From a virus, in the IMG/VR virus record IMGVR_UViG_3300025585_000037: a stretch of 64,000 bases of DNA; one strand, written 5' to 3'. Below are positions 31,329 to 41,748 of this stretch, one piece after another (the stretch's first letter is position 1; the number at the start of each line of letters is the position of its first letter). Both the position numbers and the translations under genes were made by a program. The notes beneath the pieces were generated by a model that made no database searches, was not told the origin of the DNA, and was given only the letters and a program-made list of their open reading frames with translations.

Positions 31329-32687
31329 ATGAAAACTTTTCTTCAATTTATTACCGAGGCAACTGGTGCATCTGTTCAGGCAAAAAGACTTGGACTTGTA
31401 GGCGATGGTCATGGTGGTTGGTATAATAGAGCAACAGGTGAATTTGAGGCAAAGACTGTTGGCGGGCAATTAAAATATTATAATAAGAGACAAATTATTG
31501 GTGGTAAGGATCCAAAGCAAGGTGAATTCGAGAAAAATATTCCTCTTGGATCCGCATATCCAACTCCATCGCAACAACAGGTTCCAGTTCAGGCGCAACA
31601 ACAAGAACTTCCACCTCAACAAGAAGTACCTCCACAACAGGAACCTTTACCTCAAGAAGAACCTATTCCACAAGAACCTCCAGTATTTACTCCACCTCCT
31701 GTTGAAAAAACAAAAGGTTCTCTGACAATTGCATTTGGAAGATTTAATCCTCCAACAATTGGACATCAACAGTTGATGGATACTGCGGCAATGATATCTC
31801 AAGAGGATGGCAGTGATTATATCATTGTCCCATCAAGAAGTTTGGATAAAAAGAAAAACCCATTAGATCCAGATACAAAAATATCTTTAATGAGAAGAAT
31901 GTTCCCGGATCACAGTGAAAGAATTGTTAATGATCCTAATTGCATTACAATTTTTGATGTTCTTAAAAGAGCACACAATGATGGATATTCAAGTATTAGA
32001 ATTGTTGCGGGTTCCAGTAGAGTAAAAGAATTCGAAAAACTTGCCAATAATTATAATGATCAATTGTATCAATTTGATTCAATTGAGGTTATTCCCTCAG
32101 GAGATCAAGATCCAGATGGTAATGGAATGGACGGAGTATCTTCATCAAGATTAAGACTTGCCGCAGCAGAAGGTGATTTTATAACTTTTAGAACAGGTCT
32201 TCCTTCAACAATCAAAAATAAAGAAGCAATTCAATTATTTGATATGGTTCGCCAAGGAATGGGTATTCAAGAAATTCAACAAGAGGGATATAACACTTGG
32301 GAAATTGCACCAAAATATGATCAACAATCTCTTCGTGAAAATTATGTGAATGGTAGAATTTATAAAGTTGGAACACTTGTCGAAAATCTAAATACTGGTC
32401 TTAATGGAAGAGTTATTCGTAGAGGTACAAATCATTTAATTTGTGTAACCGAAGATGGTATTATGTTTAAGTCCTGGATTAAGGATGTAAAGGAATCTTA
32501 TTCAGAAAAACATATGGATAATATGATGAGACTTCCTGGAAAACCAAATACTTTAGTGGGGACACTAGGTGCATTTAAATATGCATCCATGATGACTCCT
32601 GGTGCAATTGGAATGGGTGCAGAAAATCTGCAAGTAGGTGGAAAACCTTATGGTATTAATTTCATAAATAAAAAAAGGAAAAAGTAA
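31329..32687 (+). CDS. Cytidylyltransferase-like (HIGH superfamily) protein
   Basis: FGRFNPPTIGH motif, SSSRLR..AA; N-terminus MKTFLQFITE; CATAAATA at 31271. Confidence 0.8.
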   Translation: MKTFLQFITEATGASVQAKRLGLVGDGHGGWYNRATGEFEAKTVGGQLKYYNKRQIIGGKDPKQGEFEKNIPLGSAYPTPSQQQVPVQAQQQELPPQQEVPPQQEPLPQEEPIPQEPPVFTPPPVEKTKGSLTIAFGRFNPPTIGHQQLMDTAAMISQEDGSDYIIVPSRSLDKKKNPLDPDTKISLMRRMFPDHSERIVNDPNCITIFDVLKRAHNDGYSSIRIVAGSSRVKEFEKLANNYNDQLYQFDSIEVIPSGDQDPDGNGMDGVSSSRLRLAAAEGDFITFRTGLPSTIKNKEAIQLFDMVRQGMGIQEIQQEGYNTWEIAPKYDQQSLRENYVNGRIYKVGTLVENLNTGLNGRVIRRGTNHLICVTEDGIMFKSWIKDVKESYSEKHMDNMMRLPGKPNTLVGTLGAFKYASMMTPGAIGMGAENLQVGGKPYGINFINKKRKK

Positions 32688-32705
32688 AAAGTATTAATTC
32701 TTCTC

Positions 32706-34367
32706 ATGAAAAAGAAGCATATTGCAGAGGATCTTCCTTCTAGACCTCATCCACAGGCATCACTCTCTTCACAATCAAAACCAAGTGGTGGTGGAGAAAG
32801 AGATGAGAAAAGAGGATCTGAAAAAGGCGGTGAAAGCACTCCTGATAAGAGAATTCGTCAGGCAGTCTATGACATTAAATATCGTGCAAGAAGAGAGAAC
32901 GTACCTCTTCGTACCGCATATTCTCAATATATGCAAAACAGTTCAATGAGTGAAGTTGAAAAATCTGAAGTCAGAAAAAGACTTTTTGGTGATGGAGGAA
33001 GTAGTGGTGGAAATGCAATGAGAGCAGAAGATTTTGATATGGAAATGAAAGATTTTGCATCTCATTCGATGATGAATGCTCTTTATAAGGTATTTGTTGA
33101 AAAAACAAATTATATTGATGAGGATCAACTTAGGAAAGAATTACAAGAAGGTCAAGAGGGTTCAGGTAAAAAATATAAAGTAAGAGTTCATGATCCAGAT
33201 AGTGGTGTCACCTATGTAAGATATGCGACTCGTGAAAAAATTAATCAATTGAGGGCAAAAGGTCTTGATGTTGAAATGACCGAGTATGGCACCCCTTATG
33301 AAGGCGAAAGAAAAAAAGGCGAAAAAACATCTGAAGTATTAGGTAAAAAGGCAAAAAAAGATTATGATGGCGATGGTAAAATAGAAAGTGGTGCAAAAGA
33401 ACATGCTGGTGCAGTTCATAATGCAATTCAGCGTAAAAAGGGAGGAGTACCTGATGGAAAAGATACTTCAAGTGTAAAGGAATCATATTTTTATGAAGTT
33501 TCAACTCTTGCAAATTTACCACAGGTTGATTCTTCGGAGTATGTAAATCCAAATGCAAATCAAAATCAAATTGATTTGGCAACAAGAAAAAATAAAATCA
33601 CAGTAAATCCACCTGATAGTAGAGGTGTAAATGCATCAAATAAGTATAATAGCGCCTTGATGGCACATCATGTTCCTGATGGTGAATTCATTTCTGAAAA
33701 TGGTTATTCTAGATTTCTTAATTTGTTGCAAGAAAAAAAGATGACTGCAACAAAAAAGAAGAAAGAGAAAAAACTGAAGCAAAAATATGATCCTTCTGGC
33801 ATGAAAGCGAGTATGCAACAACAGTATGGAACCGAAAAGGGAAAAAAGGTATACTTTGCCACGATTCGTAAGCAGGCAATGAAAGAAGAATCTGAATGTG
33901 GATGTGATGATAAAGAAGATAAAAGATCTCTTCCTACAAAGGTTAGTCTTGTGAAATCTAAATTTCAATCAATGGGAGTAAAAAATCCCATTGTTATGGC
34001 AGCATCTTATGAACCAGAAGGTGATCAAATCAATGAAAGAGCAAGAGCAAGAAAAGGAGAACCAAGAACTAGTTTAAGTCCTGCTATGAGAGAAGTTAGA
34101 AGAACAACTCCAGGAATTATGACTAGGGGTGGAAGAACAGTTGAACAACATAAAGCAGAAAGAGGTGTAGGAAAACTTGAAAAGCAAAAAAATGAAAGAA
34201 CTGAAGACCCTCAAACCGGGAAAAAAGTGAGAAAAAGACCTGCTAGTGCCGGACCAACACCCGCACAAAAAGTTGCTCAAAGAAAACCAAAACCAGATCC
34301 ATTCCCAAATGATGTATATTCTGTAGATTCTACAGGTGGTATTAGAGGATATAGATCTGGAGACTGA
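32706..34367 (+). CDS. Large late hypothetical, probably head-associated
   Basis: CATAAATA at 32663; basic low-complexity segments; DYDGDGKIESG and SYEPEGDQINE motifs. Confidence 0.65.
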   Translation: MKKKHIAEDLPSRPHPQASLSSQSKPSGGGERDEKRGSEKGGESTPDKRIRQAVYDIKYRARRENVPLRTAYSQYMQNSSMSEVEKSEVRKRLFGDGGSSGGNAMRAEDFDMEMKDFASHSMMNALYKVFVEKTNYIDEDQLRKELQEGQEGSGKKYKVRVHDPDSGVTYVRYATREKINQLRAKGLDVEMTEYGTPYEGERKKGEKTSEVLGKKAKKDYDGDGKIESGAKEHAGAVHNAIQRKKGGVPDGKDTSSVKESYFYEVSTLANLPQVDSSEYVNPNANQNQIDLATRKNKITVNPPDSRGVNASNKYNSALMAHHVPDGEFISENGYSRFLNLLQEKKMTATKKKKEKKLKQKYDPSGMKASMQQQYGTEKGKKVYFATIRKQAMKEESECGCDDKEDKRSLPTKVSLVKSKFQSMGVKNPIVMAASYEPEGDQINERARARKGEPRTSLSPAMREVRRTTPGIMTRGGRTVEQHKAERGVGKLEKQKNERTEDPQTGKKVRKRPASAGPTPAQKVAQRKPKPDPFPNDVYSVDSTGGIRGYRSGD

Positions 34368-34407
34368 TTACTAAATAAAACAGGACACTTTTTACACTGA
34401 GGGGATT

Positions 34408-34581
34408 ATGGGTGTAATAGTATTATTGCTAAAACCACTTATTCTTCAAATTGCTACACATCCTGCTGTTAAGAAACTTGTAATTGATCTTCTTGAAAAG
34501 TATGTAAAAACAACCGATAACAGTATTGATGATGCAATTTTTTCTACTGTTAAAAAGTTGCTATTCAAACCTCAGGTATAA
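34408..34581 (+). CDS. 57-aa hypothetical (not in ORF track)
   Basis: Hand translation MGVIVLLLKPLILQIATHPAVKKLVIDLLEKYVKTTDNSIDD...; GAGGGG SD; CTAAATA upstream. Confidence 0.65.
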   Translation: MGVIVLLLKPLILQIATHPAVKKLVIDLLEKYVKTTDNSIDDAIFSTVKKLLFKPQV

Positions 34582-34679
34582 GCAATAGTTATACTAAATT
34601 AAAGGGGATGGGACTTAAAAGTAAAGATCTCCTTTTTTTATAAATATCAATATAATAAGAAATTTATAGGGTAAGTAAC

Positions 34680-35447
34680 ATGGCTCTTTGGGGCATCTCT
34701 ACAAATGCTGAAACTGCAGCAAACAATTATGCGATTCCAAAATATCTAGGTAAGTACTCTCCTGCAGAGAGTCTATTCGAAGCAAGAGATAGAACTAGAA
34801 GTCCTTATAATTGCTTTGCAGACAATCGTGGATGGATTTTCAGACATTATGGTTCTCTCATGCATTCTGGTCTATCGACTTCATATCATGATGAAATTTT
34901 AATTCCCGTGGTAGGACTTAATACCGCAGGTGCAGGAACTAGTACAACTGGATTAGGTCTTGCAACTCCTGTTGCAGTGTTCTTTGAGGATCCCAATTTA
35001 GCATCCCCAATTAGCATTGGTGCCGGTGGAACCACTGGAATTTCAACCAATACAGTTGGTTATGTTCATGTAGTTTGGAATGAAGTTGTTTATTGTTCTG
35101 CAGGGGCAACGGTTTCAATTCAACAATCTACTGGTGCAAATATTGTTGCAACCGCTGCTTCCACTGGTGTTCCTGTTCAGGTTAATATTCCTGGCGTTGG
35201 TCAAACTGTAATCACCTTTAATGGTCAGGTTAGCAATAGAGTTGCTTTTGCATTTACGGCACCTTCAACTGGAATTGGAACTGTTTTAAGAATCAATACG
35301 ACTCCTGGTGTTATTGGAATCATCACAGATGCTTCTGGAGGTGCTGGTGTAACTAGTTCTCTTACTGGATTAGTTAAGAATGTTGCAGGCGCTGGTTCAA
35401 CTTCTGGTGTAGGTATTGGAGTTACTACTTTAACAATTAAAGCGTGA
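34680..35447 (+). CDS. Virion structural protein-like (Gly/Thr-rich)
   Basis: MALWG start, beta-rich G/T/V composition, TATAAATA at 34639. Confidence 0.6.
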   Translation: MALWGISTNAETAANNYAIPKYLGKYSPAESLFEARDRTRSPYNCFADNRGWIFRHYGSLMHSGLSTSYHDEILIPVVGLNTAGAGTSTTGLGLATPVAVFFEDPNLASPISIGAGGTTGISTNTVGYVHVVWNEVVYCSAGATVSIQQSTGANIVATAASTGVPVQVNIPGVGQTVITFNGQVSNRVAFAFTAPSTGIGTVLRINTTPGVIGIITDASGGAGVTSSLTGLVKNVAGAGSTSGVGIGVTTLTIKA

Positions 35448-35450
35448 TCC

Positions 35451-35822
35451 ATGAGATTTGATGAACTGAATGAAGATAATTATTTGTTATTCGCAATAAA
35501 ATTCTATAATAACCCACAATCACTTACCTTAGACGATTTCGAAGATGATCTGAAAAGAATAAAATACATTAAAAGACTTTTGAATCGATATAAAAATACA
35601 GGTATTCTTAAGATACATCTGATTCTAAATCATTTAACAATTCTTTTTAATGTCTTTGATGATGCTGCCATACCATTATTGTTTTATAATTTAGAATCAA
35701 ATCTTTGGCCTTTGATTAAGAGTTTTCTAGTATTTTTAAATAGAATACCAGAATATCCTAAAACACAGATTCATGATATTGAACCAGATCAAGAGTGTTT
35801 ATCACAATTGCAGGCAATCTAA
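35451..35822 (+). CDS. Conserved T4-like hypothetical
   Basis: FAIKFYNNPQ...DF..DLKRIKYIKRLL, LILNHL..LFNVF. Confidence 0.75.
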   Translation: MRFDELNEDNYLLFAIKFYNNPQSLTLDDFEDDLKRIKYIKRLLNRYKNTGILKIHLILNHLTILFNVFDDAAIPLLFYNLESNLWPLIKSFLVFLNRIPEYPKTQIHDIEPDQECLSQLQAI

Positions 35823-36025
35823 TGAACATCGATAAAATCATTTCTATTATTAGAATTCTTAAAGAAGATGGCGCAATGGGTATTGCGGCATCTCCTCCTA
35901 CTAATAATATTTCGAGTGGAAATATTGTGAAATATGATCCTGTAATGAGTTTTCAGAGAAGAGGAATAATAGGAAAGGGTACGTTCCCTGGAGCAAGAAA
36001 ACGCTGGTCTAAAAAGAAACCATAG
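35822..36025 (+). CDS. Small hypothetical
   Basis: MNIDKIISIIRILKEDGAMG..PTNN; start reset to ATG 35822. Confidence 0.6.
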   Translation: MNIDKIISIIRILKEDGAMGIAASPPTNNISSGNIVKYDPVMSFQRRGIIGKGTFPGARKRWSKKKP

Positions 36026-36036
36026 CAATAGGAATC

Positions 36037-36393
36037 ATGTTCGGCAACGACTCAAAAATTCAATTAGCAGTTCTTCAAGAAAGATTCAAGGCACACGAAC
36101 AGATCATAGAAAAAGTTGATACTGCAATTCAAACCTTGAGTGAAACAAATCAAAATATTTGTAAAATGCTTGCCGTACATGATGAAAGGATAACCTTTCA
36201 AAAAGAATCAGATACTACTATTTCCAAAAGAGTTTCTGATGTAGAAAAAAAGGTAGAAGGATTATCCAAATTCAGATGGCAAGCGGGGGCAATCATTGCC
36301 TTTGTAGCAGTTCTTATAGGAATCATAAATGCATTCGGTCCTAAACTCTTGACACCACAGCAACAAGGAGTTAGACTAGAACGCACGAAGTAA
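36037..36393 (+). CDS. Coiled-coil protein with a C-terminal transmembrane helix
   Basis: Heptad-like N-half; RWQAGAIIAFVAVLIGIINAF. Confidence 0.6.
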   Translation: MFGNDSKIQLAVLQERFKAHEQIIEKVDTAIQTLSETNQNICKMLAVHDERITFQKESDTTISKRVSDVEKKVEGLSKFRWQAGAIIAFVAVLIGIINAFGPKLLTPQQQGVRLERTK

Positions 36394-36406
36394 TGACTAC
36401 ATCATA

Positions 36407-37378
36407 ATGGATTTGATTGATGCCAAGTACATTGGACTAATATCGTCTCGTCTTCAAAAGTTTAAAAAAGTTAAAGCGGATCTCTATAATTTTAGATGTA
36501 CAATTTGTGGAGATTCTCAAAAAAATAAAAATCGAGCACGAGGATATCTTTACTCAGTAAAAAATAACACAAATTATAAATGCCATAATTGTGGTGTGAG
36601 TCTTTCATTTAATAACTATCTAAAGGATCTTGATTCAACTCTTCATAAACAATATATTTTGGAGAAATTTAAAGAAGGATACACTGGAAAAAACTTTGTT
36701 GTCGAGGAACCAAAGTTTGAATTCACTAAACCAACTTTTAAGACAAAATTAGATCTACCCAAAGCATCAGAAATACAAATCGCCAGAGAATATCTAGAAA
36801 AGAGAAAATTAAATTCAGAAAAGTTTTATTTTGCTCACAAATTTAAGAAGTGGACTAATACGCAAAAACAAACATTTAGGGATATTCAATATGATGAACC
36901 TCGTATAGTAATACCTCTTTATGACTTTGATGGTACTTTGATTGGATTTCAGGGAAGATCTCTTTCCTCTAAATCTGTTAAATATATCACTGTGATGTTG
37001 AGTGAAAATGCACCAAAAATCTATGGACTCAATACAATTCAAAAAGATAAAACAGTTTACATTACCGAGGGTCCATTCGATAGCACATTCATACCAAACT
37101 CAATTGCTATGTGTGGCGCTGATGCTGATATCAGCAATCTCAGTCTCAGTGGGGTTGTTTGGATTTATGATAACGAACCACGAAATGCAGAAATTATTGA
37201 AAGACTATCAAAAACAATCGATAGTGGCGAAAAAGTAGTGATTTGGCCCTCATACATTGAACAAAAAGATATTAATGATATTGTACTCGCTGGACTTAAT
37301 CCTATGGATATGATAGAATCAAATACCTACTCAGGTTTAGAAGCAAAAATTAAGTTTAACAATTGGAAAAAGGTATGA
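36407..37378 (+). CDS. g61: DNA primase gp61
   Basis: RCTICGDS..KCHNCG Zn finger, ITEGPFDS, IYDNEPRN TOPRIM. Confidence 0.96.
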   Translation: MDLIDAKYIGLISSRLQKFKKVKADLYNFRCTICGDSQKNKNRARGYLYSVKNNTNYKCHNCGVSLSFNNYLKDLDSTLHKQYILEKFKEGYTGKNFVVEEPKFEFTKPTFKTKLDLPKASEIQIAREYLEKRKLNSEKFYFAHKFKKWTNTQKQTFRDIQYDEPRIVIPLYDFDGTLIGFQGRSLSSKSVKYITVMLSENAPKIYGLNTIQKDKTVYITEGPFDSTFIPNSIAMCGADADISNLSLSGVVWIYDNEPRNAEIIERLSKTIDSGEKVVIWPSYIEQKDINDIVLAGLNPMDMIESNTYSGLEAKIKFNNWKKV

Positions 37379-39672
37379 GCAACGGAACAAAGGTTATTAA
37401 AAGAAATGGTGACGTTCAATCACTGGATTTGAATAAACTTCATCTTATGGTTGAAGAAGCATGTAGAGACCTTTCTGGGGTGTCACCTTCTCAAGTTGAG
37501 ATGACTTCTGGTATTCAACTGTATGATGGAATTTCAACCGCAGAAATTCAAGAAATTCTAATCAAATCTGCATCGGATTTGATTAGTTTAGATCACCCTA
37601 ATTATCAGTTTGTCGCTGCTCGTCTTCTATTGTTTGCCATTCGCAAGCAGTTGTTTGGTCGTATGCACGAATGTCCTACCGTAAAGCAGCATATAGAGAC
37701 TTGTGTTGGTCGTGGAGTTTACGATGCAGATATCCTTTCATATTATGATGATGAAGAATTTGATAAACTTCAGTCAATCATAGATCATGATCGTGATTAT
37801 CTGTTTACTTATGCAGGATTACGTCAGGTAGTCGATAAGTATCTCGTGCAAGATAGAAGTTCTGGTGAACTTCATGAAACTCCCCAATTCATGTATCTCC
37901 TGATTGCTGCAACCATTTTTTCCAAATATCCTAAAGAAACACGGTTGGATTACGTTAGGAAGTACTATGATGCAATCTCAAAACACAAAATCAACATTCC
38001 GACACCAATCATGGCGGGTGTTAGAACCCCACTTCGTCAATATGCAAGTTGCGTTCTTGTTGATGTTGATGACACCTTGCCTAGTATCGAGTCAAGTGAT
38101 TCTGCAATTTTTAGGTATGTTGCTCAAAGAGCAGGAATTGGTATCAACGCAGGTCGAATCCGTGGGATCAACTCTAAAATCAGAGGTGGAGAAGTTCAGC
38201 ACACTGGCGTTATTCCATTTCTCAAAAAGTTTGAGGCAACTGTCAGAAGTTGCACTCAAAACGGCATCAGAGGTGGATCAGCAACTGTCCACTTCCCGAT
38301 TTGGCACCAAGAAATCGAAGACATCCTAGTATTAAAAAATAACAAAGGAACCGAAGATAACCGAGTTCGTAAGTTAGACTACAGTATCCAAATTTCCAAA
38401 CTCTTCTATGAACGATTCATCCGCAACGAAGAAATCACACTCTTCTCCCCACACAACGTTCCTGGTCTTTATGATGCTTTTGGTACTGATGGATTTGACG
38501 AGTTATATGTACGTTATGAACGAGATGAGTCTATTCCAAGGAAAACTGTTGGCGCTCAAGAACTATTTCTTTCACTCCTGAAAGAACGTGCAGAGACTGG
38601 TCGTATTTACATTATGAATATCGACCATTGTAATTCTCATAGTTCTTATCTTGATAAAATTGAGATGAGTAACCTCTGCCAAGAAATCACAATTCCAACT
38701 GTACCAATTCAACACATTGATTCTACAGAAGGTGAAATTGCTCTTTGTATTCTTTCTGCAATCAATATTGGTAAGATTAAATCAAATGATGACCTAGAAC
38801 AATTGTGCGATCTTTCTGTTCGTGCTCTTGACGAATTGATTGACTTCCAAGGATACCCAGTAAAAGCAGCAGAAATCGCCACCAGGGCACGTCGTTCGCT
38901 TGGAATAGGTTATATTGGTCTTGCTCATTATCTCGCCAAGCACGGTCAAAATTATAATGATCCTGGTGCATGGCAACTGGTTCATGAACTTACTGAAGCA
39001 TTCCAGTATTATCTAATTAAGGCAACTGTGAATCTCGCAAAAGAAAAAGGCGCCTGTGAATACTCCCATCGTACCAAGTACGGTCAAGGAATTCTTCCGA
39101 TTGATACATACAAGAAAGATGTTGATGAAATTGTTCCAAACGAATTGAAATATGATTGGGAGAGTCTTAGAGAACAGGTTCTACAATACGGAGTACGGAA
39201 CTCGGCACTGTCCGCACAGATGCCATCGGAGAGCAGTTCCGTTGTGTCAAACGCAACCAACGGAATTGAACCACCTAGAGGATACCTGTCCATTAAAAAG
39301 TCCAAAAAAGGTCCACTCAAGCAAATTGTTCCACAGTATCAAACTCTTAAGAGCAATTATACGCTCCTTTGGGATATGCCTAGCAATCGTGGGTATATTT
39401 ATACTGTTGCAATTATGCAAAAGTTCTTCGATCAAGCGATTTCTGCAAATGGATCTTATAATCCAGAACATTATGAAAATAATGAAGTTCCTGTTAGTGT
39501 GATGGTACAAGATATGCTTACTCAATATAAGTATGGTTATAAGACAGCATATTATCATAATACAAATGATATGAAGAATGATGATGAGGGAGAAACAAAA
39601 CAAGATCTTCAATCATTGATTGAAGATATTATGAGTTCGGATAAAGAAAGTTGTGAGAGTTGTTCTATCTGA
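37375..39672 (+). CDS. nrdA: Ribonucleotide reductase class Ia alpha subunit
   Basis: ATP cone (VIKRNG), ASCVL, SNLCQEI, SAQMPSESSS, C-terminal CESC. Confidence 0.98.
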   Translation: MSNGTKVIKRNGDVQSLDLNKLHLMVEEACRDLSGVSPSQVEMTSGIQLYDGISTAEIQEILIKSASDLISLDHPNYQFVAARLLLFAIRKQLFGRMHECPTVKQHIETCVGRGVYDADILSYYDDEEFDKLQSIIDHDRDYLFTYAGLRQVVDKYLVQDRSSGELHETPQFMYLLIAATIFSKYPKETRLDYVRKYYDAISKHKINIPTPIMAGVRTPLRQYASCVLVDVDDTLPSIESSDSAIFRYVAQRAGIGINAGRIRGINSKIRGGEVQHTGVIPFLKKFEATVRSCTQNGIRGGSATVHFPIWHQEIEDILVLKNNKGTEDNRVRKLDYSIQISKLFYERFIRNEEITLFSPHNVPGLYDAFGTDGFDELYVRYERDESIPRKTVGAQELFLSLLKERAETGRIYIMNIDHCNSHSSYLDKIEMSNLCQEITIPTVPIQHIDSTEGEIALCILSAINIGKIKSNDDLEQLCDLSVRALDELIDFQGYPVKAAEIATRARRSLGIGYIGLAHYLAKHGQNYNDPGAWQLVHELTEAFQYYLIKATVNLAKEKGACEYSHRTKYGQGILPIDTYKKDVDEIVPNELKYDWESLREQVLQYGVRNSALSAQMPSESSSVVSNATNGIEPPRGYLSIKKSKKGPLKQIVPQYQTLKSNYTLLWDMPSNRGYIYTVAIMQKFFDQAISANGSYNPEHYENNEVPVSVMVQDMLTQYKYGYKTAYYHNTNDMKNDDEGETKQDLQSLIEDIMSSDKESCESCSI

Positions 39673-39679
39673 GAAAAAT

Positions 39680-40861
39680 ATGGATTTTAATTTTAAAACA
39701 AATAACGATAAGAAACCCATGGTCGAATCTATGACTGTTTTTAATCCCAATGAAGTAGACACCAAAAAGCAACCAATGTTTTTTGGACAACCATTAGGAA
39801 TACAAAGATATGATTCTTATAAGTATCCAATTTTTGATAAACTAACAACACAGCAACTGGGATATTTTTGGAGACCAGAAGAGGTTTCACTTCAAAAGGA
39901 CCGTGGAGATTATCAATCTCTTCGACCTGAGCAGAAACATATTTTTACTAGCAATCTCAAGTATCAAGTGATGTTGGATTCAGTTCAGGGTCGTGGACCT
40001 GGTATGGCATTTGCTCCATACTGTTCCCTACCCGAACTGGAAGCATGTATGAAGGTATGGGAATTTATGGAGATGATTCATTCCCGTTCATACACTTATA
40101 TCATCAAGAACGTTTATTCAGACCCATCTGAAGTTTTTGATACGATTCTGAAAGAAGATAGCATTATGGAACGTGCTGTGAGTGTAACTCAAGCATATAA
40201 TGATTTTATTAATAGTGCTCATCATTATGATAATTCGAGTGAGTGGATTCACGCTTTAGAACAAGTACCTTACGCACGAGAGGCAAGGTATGAACTCAAA
40301 CGCAAACTCTTTAGAGCAGTTGCAAACGTTAATATTCTTGAAGGTATTCGCTTTTACGTCAGTTTCGCTTGTAGTTTTGCATTTGGCGAACTTAAACTTA
40401 TGGAAGGAAGTGCAAAAATCATCTCACTAATTGCTCGTGATGAGAACCAGCATCTGGTTATCACTCAAAACATTTTGAATAAGTGGAAAGAGGGGGACGA
40501 CCTTGAAATGACACAAATCGCTAAAGAGGAGGAGCAATGGTTCTACAAGACCTTTGAGAATGCTGTAAATCAGGAAAAACTTTGGGCCGAGTATCTATTC
40601 AAGGATGGTTCGATGATTGGTCTGAATGACAAACTGTTACAACAGTATGTTGAATGGATTGCAAATCGCAGAATGAAGGCAATTGGACTTAAGCCACTTT
40701 ATGATATTTCTGCAAAGAATAATCCACTCCCTTGGACTGAGCACTGGATTTCTTCTAAAGGATTGCAAGTAGCTCCCCAAGAGACGGAAATCGAAAGTTA
40801 TGTAATTGGTGGAATTGCACAAGATATGAAGACCGATGCATTTGCAAACTTCAAACTATGA
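39680..40861 (+). CDS. nrdB: Ribonucleotide reductase beta subunit
   Basis: FWRPEEV, EMIHSRSY, LEGIRFYVSF, IARDENQH, QETEIESY. Confidence 0.97.
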   Translation: MDFNFKTNNDKKPMVESMTVFNPNEVDTKKQPMFFGQPLGIQRYDSYKYPIFDKLTTQQLGYFWRPEEVSLQKDRGDYQSLRPEQKHIFTSNLKYQVMLDSVQGRGPGMAFAPYCSLPELEACMKVWEFMEMIHSRSYTYIIKNVYSDPSEVFDTILKEDSIMERAVSVTQAYNDFINSAHHYDNSSEWIHALEQVPYAREARYELKRKLFRAVANVNILEGIRFYVSFACSFAFGELKLMEGSAKIISLIARDENQHLVITQNILNKWKEGDDLEMTQIAKEEEQWFYKTFENAVNQEKLWAEYLFKDGSMIGLNDKLLQQYVEWIANRRMKAIGLKPLYDISAKNNPLPWTEHWISSKGLQVAPQETEIESYVIGGIAQDMKTDAFANFKL

Positions 40862-41010
40862 ACCCTAAAATACTCAAACAAGACTCAAATTATGATGAAT
40901 GGTGTGAACAAGAAATTCTAAACGCATATAAACAAGCAGCAGAATCTGATGAGTTCTTGTTTGGTGATTATGATTATGAAAAAGAATGGATGATTTCTGA
41001 GGGACTTTAA
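40858..41010 (+). CDS. 50-aa acidic hypothetical (not in ORF track)
   Basis: Hand translation MNPKILKQDSNYDEWCEQEILNAYK...; ATGA overlap with the nrdB stop. Confidence 0.55.
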   Translation: MNPKILKQDSNYDEWCEQEILNAYKQAAESDEFLFGDYDYEKEWMISEGL

Positions 41011-41058
41011 GTCCCTCTTTTTATAAATAAATTTAGACTTAAAACATACAATAAAAAG

Positions 41059-41664
41059 ATGTCAAGACTTACTGGAACTGATGCTCTAGGTTTAATGGAG
41101 GCATATAATGAAGTTTATGTTCCTAGAGAACTCACAAATGAACAAGTAGAACTTTATGATATTATTTTCTCACATCTACTCGATGAGGGTTATGCCACTA
41201 CTGAAGATGGTGCGCTTGCAATCATGTCTAACATGAGTGAGAATTGGGTCCAGAGCATTGTTGAAGGTATTTTAGGTAGTGGAACTGGATTTTTAGGATC
41301 AACTGCCGCAGAACTTGGGGCAAAAGGTGGTCACGATGTTCTTCCTTGGAATCGGAATACTAGATATACAACTACAGGTAGATTAAGGAGACCAGGTGAA
41401 AATATTAGAGGTGAAAGAATTTTAAATGATCCTAACCGAGGTACAACAACAATGAGAATGGGTGGACCAGTACCTCCAGGTGCCAGAGTCAGCAGACAAA
41501 CTCCTCCACCTAATCCATATCTTCAAGGTGGAAGAGTTGGAGTTAGTCCTGCTCCAGTACAAAGACCAAGAACACCTCTAGTTTCGAGAAATGTACCTAA
41601 ACCAACAGGCGGATCTGGTGGATCTAGTGGACGTGCTTCAACTAATTATGGTAGAGGTTTCTGA
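41059..41664 (+). CDS. Late protein of the modular acidic-domain family
   Basis: MSRLTGTDALGLMEAYNEVY plus HLLDEGYATTEDGALAIMSNMSENWVQSIVE, then Gly/Pro/Arg cargo; TATAAATA at 41022. Confidence 0.75.
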   Translation: MSRLTGTDALGLMEAYNEVYVPRELTNEQVELYDIIFSHLLDEGYATTEDGALAIMSNMSENWVQSIVEGILGSGTGFLGSTAAELGAKGGHDVLPWNRNTRYTTTGRLRRPGENIRGERILNDPNRGTTTMRMGGPVPPGARVSRQTPPPNPYLQGGRVGVSPAPVQRPRTPLVSRNVPKPTGGSGGSSGRASTNYGRGF

Positions 41665-41748
41665 TACTTAACAAGAATAATGCCAAGAGGGTCAATAAGA
41701 TCCTCTTTTTTCATAAATAAAAATATATAAAAAATTAAAAGAGAAACA

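Noticed and set aside
24639-40861. Inteins or introns in g43, g41, nrdA, nrdB
   Set aside because: ORFs are continuous, of normal length, and show no C/S...HN splice motifs or LAGLIDADG inserts
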